Below, in pieces: positions 17,931 to 25,787 of a stretch of DNA of 38,592 nt (position 1 is its first letter; every line of letters begins with the position of its first letter). The position numbers were made by a program, and so were the translations under genes. Origin of the DNA: a virus (taxonomy: Duplodnaviria; Caudoviricetes); IMG/VR virus record IMGVR_UViG_3300044508_000022, positions 1-38,592 of that record; one strand, given 5' to 3'. The notes beneath the pieces were generated by a model that had not been told where the DNA came from, did not search any database, and saw nothing but the letters and a program-made list of their open reading frames with translations.

Positions 17931-18436
17931 CCGACGCGCGCTGCACGCACTCCATGGGTGTCCAGACCAATCTATTCGGCCGCATCACCAAGCGCGAACT
18001 CCGGGCAAGCCGGCAGATTGAACGGAAGATGAATGCCATGATGAAAATGAAGGAGGACGAGCGCAAGAAAGAGCTCCGGGAAGAGCGCGCGCGAAAGCTG
18101 CGGGCCCTCATCCACAATCCCACCTGCGGCTTGCTCCGGTACCGTGTTCCGCATTCGGCGACCACGGACATGATGAACGAAGACCTGGGCGTGGAGGTCA
18201 AGGATCACCACCAGGTGGACGGCATGGAGAACAACATCAACGGCACCCTCTACAGCCACGACAACGGGAAGCCGGGCGAGAAGTTCATCTCCCTGGGGCG
18301 GGTCCAGTCTCAGCGGGACGGAAGCAATGCCCGGAAGATAGAGCTCTGGACCATGGAAAAATACTACCACATCGCCAAGCCTATCCATGAACGCGAATAT
18401 CCGGCCGTGAAACCTAAAACGGAGGCAGCTGCATGA
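17927..18436 (+). CDS. Hypothetical protein
   Basis: ATGA overlaps at both ends. Confidence 0.65.
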   Translation: MTDARCTHSMGVQTNLFGRITKRELRASRQIERKMNAMMKMKEDERKKELREERARKLRALIHNPTCGLLRYRVPHSATTDMMNEDLGVEVKDHHQVDGMENNINGTLYSHDNGKPGEKFISLGRVQSQRDGSNARKIELWTMEKYYHIAKPIHEREYPAVKPKTEAAA

Positions 18437-18996
18437 GGCCGACCTACAAACGAGTCATCCGGGCAGACCAGGAAGGGTTCGCCTTTCCAAAAATGAAGCG
18501 CGTCCGGATCCGGCCGGGCTCAGCTGAGGTACCTGAAAAGACCATTCAGGCCATCACGGACACTTTCCTGCAGCTGAACCACATGCCTTTCTTCCGGCTG
18601 CCGGACAATATGTTCAAGGCCATCCTTGCAAACCCGATCATCTCCAGGCGCCTTAAAGGCTGGATCCTCCATGAGCTCGGAGGATGGCCCGACAATATCA
18701 CGGTCCATTCCCTTTGTGAATTCAATGGGATCAAGTTTTGCCTGGCGGCTTTGGTGGAAAACAAAACCGAGAAGGGCCGACTGCATGGCAAACAGAAAAT
18801 CTGTGATAAGGAGCTCGGCTTCAATGTCTGCCGTGGCGAGGATGATATAAAGCTCATCATAGCGGAATTCAAAAAGTTCCTCCAGCTGCTGCAATACCTG
18901 CTCAGTGCATACGACAAAAACGGCCAGGTCATTAAAACGCCTGACCATTTGGATGGAAGCGATATCAGGAAAGACGTGCAAAGCGCGTCTCTTTAA
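18433..18996 (+). CDS. VRR-NUC-like nuclease / resolvase
   Basis: 'EKTIQ', 'GWPD' and 'VENKTEKGRL...Q' motifs. Confidence 0.7.
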   Translation: MRPTYKRVIRADQEGFAFPKMKRVRIRPGSAEVPEKTIQAITDTFLQLNHMPFFRLPDNMFKAILANPIISRRLKGWILHELGGWPDNITVHSLCEFNGIKFCLAALVENKTEKGRLHGKQKICDKELGFNVCRGEDDIKLIIAEFKKFLQLLQYLLSAYDKNGQVIKTPDHLDGSDIRKDVQSASL

Positions 18997-19019
18997 CCAC
19001 AAACCAAAGGAGTAAAGGA

Positions 19020-20537
19020 ATGGAAACGAAGGAAGCAATCATTCAAATCCCGGTGGACAAAATCCAGCGGTGCCCGATGAACCGGCCTGCCGGCAGCGGT
19101 CCGGACATTGAGAGCTTGGCGGCCGACATCAAGGCGCATGGAGTAACGCATCCGGTCCTCGTCCGGGCCGTGGACAAGGGCTACGAACTGGTGGACGGAG
19201 AACGCCGTTGGACCGCATCCAAGAATATAAAGCTGGAGGCTATCCCGGCCATCGTCCGGGATTATACCGAAGCGGAGGCCTACACTATCACGCTCTCGGC
19301 CCTTCTTCACAACAAGAACGCCACGCCCATGCAGGAGGCCGCGGCCATCGCCCACCTGGTGGACCTGGGCAAAGCTCCGGCTGAGATAGCGGCGGAAACG
19401 GGCTGGCCGATCTCGCGGGTTGCCCGCAGAAAGCAACTGCTAAATCTGTCCGAGAAATGGCGTGCTATTGCCGAAGGCAAAGACGAAGATCACAGCAAGA
19501 TCACGACAGAGGCCTTGGAACTGGTTGCCCGAATGGAGTCACCGATTCAGGACAAGATCATCGAGAAGCTCAACTGGTACCGGGGCGTTGACGCCGGGGA
19601 CATCGAGGACTCCATGGATAAATACATGTTCCGGCTTTCCGGAGCTCCATGGAAGTTGGACGACGCGGATCTGTGCCCGAAAGCTGGCGCATGTACGGCC
19701 TGCCAGAAGCGGACTGGCCTGCAGCCGGACCTTTTCGGCGAGGTTTCCAAAAAAGGCGAGCTCCAGGTAGAGGACAAATGCCTGGATGCAACATGCTGGG
19801 GCAAGAAGAAGACGGCTTATCTTGAGGTTAAAATCTCCAAGATGCGGCAGAAGAATCCAGATGCGATCCTGGTCAAAGACCCCTATGACAATTTCGATGC
19901 CTTCCGCGCACCAGCCAGCCTGGGCAAGCAGGCTCTAAAAACCTACGACGTCCAAGTCGTTAAGGAGGGAACAAAGGGCGCGGTCCGGGCAATGCAGATC
20001 AACGGTTCAAAATCCGAATTCGGAAAGGAAATGTGGGTCAAGATCACGGAAAGGGCCGCGCAGCGGAACCCAGAGAAGGCGGCGCCCACGGTGGCCCAGC
20101 GCAAAGCCGCTTTCCAGAAAAAGCGCATGGAAGCGATTATCGATCGGATGAATGCCATCCTGGAGGACGAAGACAAGAAGCAGCCCCAGGCGCAGCTCAT
20201 TAAGAAAATGAGCAACCGACAGAAGCTCCAGGTATCCGTTATCTTCATGGGCGGGACCGATGATTATCCTGAAATCAGCCAAATCAAAAGTACGCTCAAG
20301 AAGACGGACGCGCAGCTGCTTGATATCCTTGCTGAGAATGCCTGCCATGTGGCCGCCGACTCTATCGACAATCTGACCTATGACCAGGTCATCAACCCGA
20401 AGGATGTGGAAACCTACTCTGACCTATTCGGTATCGACCTCAAAACCATCACTGACCAGGTGGAGAAAGAAATGCCGATGCCGAAGACCTGGGATGAGCC
20501 GGTGAAGGAAGAAAAGGAGGAGAAGGAAGCCGCATAA
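19020..20537 (+). CDS. ParB/RepB/Spo0J-family protein with HTH and Cys cluster
   Basis: 'LAADIKAHGVTHPVLVR...YELVDGERRW', HTH 'PAEIAAETGWPISRV', CPKAGACTAC...CLDATC. Confidence 0.85.
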   Translation: METKEAIIQIPVDKIQRCPMNRPAGSGPDIESLAADIKAHGVTHPVLVRAVDKGYELVDGERRWTASKNIKLEAIPAIVRDYTEAEAYTITLSALLHNKNATPMQEAAAIAHLVDLGKAPAEIAAETGWPISRVARRKQLLNLSEKWRAIAEGKDEDHSKITTEALELVARMESPIQDKIIEKLNWYRGVDAGDIEDSMDKYMFRLSGAPWKLDDADLCPKAGACTACQKRTGLQPDLFGEVSKKGELQVEDKCLDATCWGKKKTAYLEVKISKMRQKNPDAILVKDPYDNFDAFRAPASLGKQALKTYDVQVVKEGTKGAVRAMQINGSKSEFGKEMWVKITERAAQRNPEKAAPTVAQRKAAFQKKRMEAIIDRMNAILEDEDKKQPQAQLIKKMSNRQKLQVSVIFMGGTDDYPEISQIKSTLKKTDAQLLDILAENACHVAADSIDNLTYDQVINPKDVETYSDLFGIDLKTITDQVEKEMPMPKTWDEPVKEEKEEKEAA

Positions 20538-20540
20538 AAT

Positions 20541-20622
20541 GCCGTGACGGGCGGGTGCCTCTGTCCAGCAATGGCGAGGTGGGTTGAGATTCTTACCCCA
20601 TTCCACACCCGCCCTGATCGGC
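20541..20622 (+). ncRNA. Candidate C4-antisense-like branched RNA
   Basis: GGGCGGGTG/CACCCGCCC closing stem, a GCAA-capped hairpin, a second hairpin, and an unpaired TTCCA junction. Confidence 0.5.
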
Positions 20623-20636
20623 TCACAGGTAAAATC

Positions 20637-21320
20637 ATGAATAAAACAAAAATACAGTGGACTGATTACACTTGGAACCCCATTACGGGATGTACCCCGG
20701 TATCCCCCGGCTGCGCGAATTGCTATGCCGCGGCCATGGCCAAGCGTTTTAATGGCGGAGACTTCAAACCGAAGGTGCATCCGGACCGCCTTTCCGAGCT
20801 GGAGAAGCTGAAAACGCCCTCCAAGATTTTCGTTTGCTCGATGGGCGATTTCTTCCATGAGAAAGTCAAACTGATTTGGCGCTGCATGGTGCTGGAGCAA
20901 ATCCTGAAGAACCCCCAGCACAAATATCTTTTTCTGACCAAGCGGCCCGAGGTCATTCCCTGGGGCGAGGAGCTATATGAGGGGAAAAACATCTGGCTCG
21001 GAACAACGATAGAGAACCAGGAACGGGCCTTTTGGAGGATTTCCTCGCTGTTTGGTTCCACTCAGCCGAACCTTTTCCTTTCCGTTGAGCCGATGCTGGA
21101 GCGGATTGACCTGGGCGCCTTCCTAGCCGTTGGGAAAATACGATGGGTCATCTGCGGTCCCGAGACGGGCGCGGGGGCCCGGCCTTTCGAATATGCCTGG
21201 GCCGCGGATTTGTACGGGCAATGTCTAAAATATAATGTGCCTTTCTTTTTCAAGGGGAATGACCTGGTCAAATACCATTATCGTGAGCTGCCGATGGAGT
21301 GGCCGGAAGGCTTGAAATGA
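20637..21320 (+). CDS. DUF5131 (Gp37/Gp68) family radical-SAM-like protein
   Basis: 'TKIQWTDYTWNPITGCTPVSPGCANCYA', 'SMGDFFH', 'LTKRP', 'LSVEPML', 'VPFFFK'. Confidence 0.9.
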   Translation: MNKTKIQWTDYTWNPITGCTPVSPGCANCYAAAMAKRFNGGDFKPKVHPDRLSELEKLKTPSKIFVCSMGDFFHEKVKLIWRCMVLEQILKNPQHKYLFLTKRPEVIPWGEELYEGKNIWLGTTIENQERAFWRISSLFGSTQPNLFLSVEPMLERIDLGAFLAVGKIRWVICGPETGAGARPFEYAWAADLYGQCLKYNVPFFFKGNDLVKYHYRELPMEWPEGLK

Positions 21321-21706
21321 AAGATAACTTCGATCATCTATCCAAATACCGGATCCGGAAAGGATTCATGGGGAGTGATGACTCTATCGGCCGGCGCGGG
21401 GCCTTTCAATTTCCATCTCTGAACGGCCTGGTCATGTTTATAGCGATCGCAGATTGCGGAAACGGCCCTTTGGTTGAGGGCTGGGAGCATGTTTCCGTCC
21501 GAGCCAGGACGAAAGGTGCCAAGGAGGACCGCTGCCCGACCTGGGAAGAGATGTGCTTTGTGAAACGCCTCTTCTGGAAAGACGATGAAACGGTAATTCA
21601 ATATCATCCTCCGGAGGAGAACTATATCAATGACCATTCGGCCGTTCTGCATCTATGGAGGCCCATTCAGGCAGCGATACCGATGCCTCCGGAGATACTG
21701 GTATAA
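21317..21706 (+). CDS. Conserved phage protein (WEHVSV...PTWEEMC...HP...LHLW family)
   Basis: Widespread phage motif pattern with several conserved His residues. Confidence 0.7.
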   Translation: MKDNFDHLSKYRIRKGFMGSDDSIGRRGAFQFPSLNGLVMFIAIADCGNGPLVEGWEHVSVRARTKGAKEDRCPTWEEMCFVKRLFWKDDETVIQYHPPEENYINDHSAVLHLWRPIQAAIPMPPEILV

Positions 21707-21708
21707 CC

Positions 21709-22083
21709 ATGGAAAACGTCATCTGCCCATGCGGCGCCCCGATGGTTCTGCGGGAAACATCGAGATACAAATATCCGAACGGCCAGCCCCGGAAGTTTTA
21801 CGGATGCTCCCGGTACCCGAAGTGCAAGGAGGTCCATGGCGCGCATCCGGACGGCCGGCCTTTGGGCATCCCGGCCACGAAAGAGACCAGGGCGCTGCGC
21901 CATCAATGCCATACCCTGGTTGAATCGCTTCTCATGTCGGTACCGGGAAGCGAGCTCTACATGGACCTGGCGGATCTGCTCGGGGTGGCCGAGGGGGAGG
22001 TCCACTTCGGGGCGATGGATAAAGAGCAATGCGAAATGGTCATCGAATGGCTGAAAAAGAAACTGGAGGAGCGAAATGAGTAG
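21709..22083 (+). CDS. Zinc-finger protein (DUF3268 / topoisomerase C4-like)
   Basis: CPCGAPMVLR...FYGCSRYPKC...GAHPDGRPLG.PA..ETRALR..CH. Confidence 0.75.
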   Translation: MENVICPCGAPMVLRETSRYKYPNGQPRKFYGCSRYPKCKEVHGAHPDGRPLGIPATKETRALRHQCHTLVESLLMSVPGSELYMDLADLLGVAEGEVHFGAMDKEQCEMVIEWLKKKLEERNE

Positions 22084-22246
22084 ACACCGGCGCCGCGGAC
22101 GCCCGAAAGAGAGCACGAAGAAAGAAAAGCCCTGCAGCTGCGCGCATTGCAATCTGGAGGAACCCCTCACGGACGAGAAACTCAAAAGGGTTTACCGATA
22201 TCCCAAACCCATGGGCCGGCCCAGGAAGGGGGACTCATGTCTTTGA
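22076..22246 (+). CDS. 56-aa protein with two AT-hook-like motifs (not in the ORF track)
   Basis: RBS GGAGGAG; MSRHRRRGRPKESTKKEKPCSCAHCNLEEPLTDEKLKRVYRYPKPMGRPRKGDSCL. Confidence 0.6.
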   Translation: MSRHRRRGRPKESTKKEKPCSCAHCNLEEPLTDEKLKRVYRYPKPMGRPRKGDSCL

Positions 22247-22374
22247 ATCGAAAGGATAAAGTGCTCCCCTGTCCTTACTGGAGCGAGGGGGAACTAACAA
22301 GCAACCTGGTCCCCTGTTATTGCTCGTTTCGGCGCAGGACTCCAGAGCCGGTCTTCAAATGGCAGATTTGCTTT

Positions 22375-22427
22375 AAGGTAAAATTCGGGAAAAGTTTATT
22401 GACCAGCATGGCCCCTAAATCTAAAAT
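22375..22427 (+). promoter_or_regulatory. Putative late promoter 1 with upstream motif
   Basis: AAGGTAAAATTCGGGAAAA (22375-22393), then TTGACC-N17-TAAAAT. Confidence 0.6.
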
Positions 22428-22459
22428 AGATGGTAAAGAGACTTTAGCCCATACAGCTC

Positions 22460-23143
22460 ATGCCTAAGAAAATCAAAATCGCATGCCAAGGCGCGGCTCT
22501 GCTCGAGCTCGACCAGCTGGAGCCTCTTCAGGGTAAACTCAAGACATTGACCCCGGATAATTGCCGAAAACTCCGGGAATCCATCGAAGACTTCGGCTTC
22601 TCCTTTCCAATTTTCATCTGGCGCCGCGATGGTCATTTCTATACCCTCGACGGCCATCAGCGCGCGCTGGTGCTCAATATCATGCGTGGGGAAGGCTGGG
22701 AGATCCCGCCGCTTCCGGTCGACTGGATAGATGCCCTGGATTGGAAAGAGGCAAAATCCAAACTCTTACTCGCAATCAGCCAATACGGCGATGTCTCAAA
22801 AGAAGGCCTGTTCGATTACATGGAAGATGCGGGTATAGACCCGGAATGGCTCTCGAAGATAGTGGACATCCCCGAGCTGGACATGAAGCTCTTTGAAGCC
22901 GAGTTCCTGAAAGACGGCGACACAAACACCGGAAACGAAAACGATGAATGGATGGGCATGCCAGAATTCGGGAACTCGGCGAAGGCTTTCCGGTCTCTCA
23001 TTGTGCACTTCGAGACCGAGGACGATTTCAAAAGATTCTGCGAACTACTCGGCTGCAAGTTAACCGACAAGACGAAGTTCAGCTGGTTCCCGGAGAAAGA
23101 GCGACAGGACCTTAAAGGGAAAGCCTTTTCGAGTGAATCCTAA
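22460..23143 (+). CDS. ParB/Srx-like N-terminal domain protein with a C-terminal 'EWxGMPEF' domain
   Basis: 'LRESIEDFGFSFPIFIW...LDGHQR' ParB-N motif; overlaps the glycosyltransferase start. Confidence 0.8.
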   Translation: MPKKIKIACQGAALLELDQLEPLQGKLKTLTPDNCRKLRESIEDFGFSFPIFIWRRDGHFYTLDGHQRALVLNIMRGEGWEIPPLPVDWIDALDWKEAKSKLLLAISQYGDVSKEGLFDYMEDAGIDPEWLSKIVDIPELDMKLFEAEFLKDGDTNTGNENDEWMGMPEFGNSAKAFRSLIVHFETEDDFKRFCELLGCKLTDKTKFSWFPEKERQDLKGKAFSSES

Positions 23144-23975
23144 ATACCCGGTCTATGTTATTTCGAAAGGGCGATGGGAATCACGGCTAACGAGCCGGGC
23201 CCTGGAAAGAATCGATGTTCCTTACCGCATCGTTATCGAACCCCAGGAATACGACAATTACGCCGCGGTTATATCCCCCACGAAAATTCTAACCCTGCCT
23301 TTCAGTAATTTGGGGCAGGGGTCCATCCCGGCCCGGAACTGGGTGTGGGAGCACTCCCGGGGGGAGGGGGCGGAGCGGCACTGGATTCTAGATGATAACA
23401 TCCGGTGCTTCCGGCGATTCCTGCACAATCAGCGCATCCGGGTATCGGACGGGACAATCTTCCGGGCAGCCGAGGATTTCACGGACCGATACCTGAATGT
23501 AGCGCTCTCCGGGTTCAATTACACCTTCTTTGCCGGAGGCGCCGTAACCAACTGCATCGAAAAGCCTTTCCTGCTCAATACCCGTATCTATTCCTGCATC
23601 CTCATCCGCAACGATATCGAATACCGATGGCGCGGCCGCTACAACGAAGATACGGACCTATCCTTACGGGTGCTCAAAGCGGGCTGGTGCACCATCTTAT
23701 TCTACGCTTTTCTGGCGGATAAACAAGCCACGATGACCATGAAAGGCGGGAATACGGACATGCTCTACAAGGGCAGCGGTCGCCTGCAAATGGCCCAATC
23801 CCTGCAGCAACAGCACCCGGATGTGGTGAAGATAACCCGGAAATGGGGACGCTGGCAGCACCTGGTCGATTATCGGCCCTTCGCAAAAAACAAGCTCATT
23901 CGGCGCAAGGATATCAGAATCGAGGCCGGAATCAATAATTATGGTATGAGACTCATGACCGCAGGAGCGGCATAA
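23133..23975 (+). CDS. GREB1-like / TET-associated GT-A fold glycosyltransferase
   Basis: 'YPVYVISKGR', 'ARNW', 'WILDDNI', 'NEDTDLSL' and 'MKGGNT' motifs. Confidence 0.8.
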   Translation: MNPKYPVYVISKGRWESRLTSRALERIDVPYRIVIEPQEYDNYAAVISPTKILTLPFSNLGQGSIPARNWVWEHSRGEGAERHWILDDNIRCFRRFLHNQRIRVSDGTIFRAAEDFTDRYLNVALSGFNYTFFAGGAVTNCIEKPFLLNTRIYSCILIRNDIEYRWRGRYNEDTDLSLRVLKAGWCTILFYAFLADKQATMTMKGGNTDMLYKGSGRLQMAQSLQQQHPDVVKITRKWGRWQHLVDYRPFAKNKLIRRKDIRIEAGINNYGMRLMTAGAA

Positions 23976-24361
23976 TGGCGCGCCCGTTGAAAAAACTCAA
24001 CCTCACGCCCGAACAGATTGAATATCTGGCGAGCATCGGCTGCACGGATATGGAGATTTCCTATCTTGCGGGTTTCAAGGATCAGTCCACGCTTGTTCGA
24101 CGTTTTGCCAGAATCCTCGCAAAAGGCCGCGAGGGGGGTAAAACCAGATTACGCAAGCTCCAATGGCAAGCGGCCATCAAAGGCAACGTGACGATGCAAA
24201 TCTGGCTCGGCAAGCAGCTGCTCGGACAGGAGGACCACATTGTTCAAAGGAATTCAAATTTCAACGCGAACGCGGACCTGACCAAGCTCACGACAGAGCA
24301 GCTCAAGCAGATACGCGACGTGATGACAGGAAAAGAACCGGATGCAAATCCCAAACCTTAG
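23975..24361 (+). CDS. terS: Terminase small subunit (HTH)
   Basis: 'MARP', 'LASIGCTDMEI', 'GNVTMQIWLGKQLLGQ'; overlaps terL. Confidence 0.75.
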   Translation: MARPLKKLNLTPEQIEYLASIGCTDMEISYLAGFKDQSTLVRRFARILAKGREGGKTRLRKLQWQAAIKGNVTMQIWLGKQLLGQEDHIVQRNSNFNANADLTKLTTEQLKQIRDVMTGKEPDANPKP

Positions 24362-25769
24362 CGACATCAATATCGAGCTCGCGCGCCGTGAGATGCTGGA
24401 ATACATGAAGCTCCTCTGGCAATCGAAGAGCATGAAGCCCTACAAGGTTGGAAGGCATACCTCCGGAATCTGCGTGGAGATAGACGTCATCCTCGAGGCC
24501 TATGGGCGCGGGGAATCATCGTTCATTATCCTCACGGTACCGCCGCAACATGGAAAAAGCGAAATCGTATCCCGAGCTCTGCCTACCCGTTTCCTTGGCA
24601 TGTTCCCGGATGATGAAGTGATGGTTGTCTCTTATGCAGCGAACCTAGCCGAGACATTTTCCAAAGATGGCCGGAAGTTCATGCGGTCTGGAGAATACGG
24701 TGCAGTCTTTCCCGGTATATCCATTGCCCGAGATAACTCAGGCGTGCAGGAATGGGGTATCCAGGGGCACAATGGTAAGGCGCGTTTCTTCGGCATTGAT
24801 GGCGGTGTCACTGGCAAAGGCGCGGCCCTGGCTGTCATCGATGACCCTATCAGCGGGCGAGCCGAGGCCGAGAGTCAAACCATTCGAGATAAGGTATGGG
24901 ACTCTTTCCGCAATGACGTGATGTCGCGTATCGCGCCGGTCTCCATCGTCATCGTCACGCTGACCCGCTGGCATACTGATGACCTGGTCGGCCGCATCCT
25001 GAACGAAATGAAGAGGAATCCGGATTTCCCGCGCTTCAAAATTCTGGATTGGCCGGCGACGCGCCAAGGGGAATACGAATGGCTTTTTCCTGAGCATTAC
25101 AGCCCGGCTTTCTATGAGAATCAGCGTGCCCTACAAGGCTCCTATGGCTGGAGCTCCCTTTATCTCTGCAATCCCGTCCCGCGCACGGGCAACATCATCC
25201 GCGCCGATAAGGTCAAAATTCTTTCCCCTGAAAAATTCGATGAGATAACCCGAGGCATGCGCTTTGCCCGTGGGTGGGATTTGGCCTCCGGAGCAGTACG
25301 CGTCAAAGAGGACCCGGATTCTACGAGCGGTTGCAAGGCGACAAAGCGGTGGATTCGCACGAATGACCCGCAGTACAAAATCCCGGTTCTGTTTATTGCG
25401 GATTATGTGCGCGGCCGCTGGGAGGCTCTTGAACGCAATAAGCGGATTATGAATACGGCGATTGCAGATGGAACCATTACCGTCGGCGTCGAAGCCTTCG
25501 GCGCATACAAGGACGCCTATACAACCGTCCGAACTGTGCTCAGCGGGATCCGGTCGGTCATACCAGTGAGACTTCCTGGGGATAAGGTGGCCAAAGCGGA
25601 AACCGTTTCCCCCATGTTCGAGGCTGGCAATGTGTACATGCGAAAGGCTCCTTGGAATGACGAGGTCCTGGCACAGTACGCGACGTTCCCGGGAGCTGCG
25701 CATGATGATGATGTCGATGCCGTGACTGTGGTCAACGATGTTTTGGATAAACGAACGGATTGGAGCTAA
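24342..25769 (+). CDS. terL: Terminase large subunit
   Basis: Walker A PPQHGKS, Walker B AVIDDP, 'TRWH.DDL', nuclease motifs GWDLA and HDDDVDA. Confidence 0.95.
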   Translation: MQIPNLSDINIELARREMLEYMKLLWQSKSMKPYKVGRHTSGICVEIDVILEAYGRGESSFIILTVPPQHGKSEIVSRALPTRFLGMFPDDEVMVVSYAANLAETFSKDGRKFMRSGEYGAVFPGISIARDNSGVQEWGIQGHNGKARFFGIDGGVTGKGAALAVIDDPISGRAEAESQTIRDKVWDSFRNDVMSRIAPVSIVIVTLTRWHTDDLVGRILNEMKRNPDFPRFKILDWPATRQGEYEWLFPEHYSPAFYENQRALQGSYGWSSLYLCNPVPRTGNIIRADKVKILSPEKFDEITRGMRFARGWDLASGAVRVKEDPDSTSGCKATKRWIRTNDPQYKIPVLFIADYVRGRWEALERNKRIMNTAIADGTITVGVEAFGAYKDAYTTVRTVLSGIRSVIPVRLPGDKVAKAETVSPMFEAGNVYMRKAPWNDEVLAQYATFPGAAHDDDVDAVTVVNDVLDKRTDWS

Positions 25770-25787
25770 ACTCAAAAGGAGGATACC

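Noticed and set aside
19020-20537. Plasmid-prophage ParABS partition system
   Set aside because: No ParA ATPase or parS array recognised, and an intact integrase/attP is present.
17456-20622. Hammerhead, twister, pistol or HDV ribozyme, or a known riboswitch, in the structured spacers
   Set aside because: Required conserved cores (for example CUGANGA plus GAAA) are not found by eye on either strand.
22147-22467. 106-aa ORF (or 76 aa from ATG 22237)
   Set aside because: Overlaps the better-supported AT-hook ORF and the predicted promoter. It may be real, but I cannot support it.
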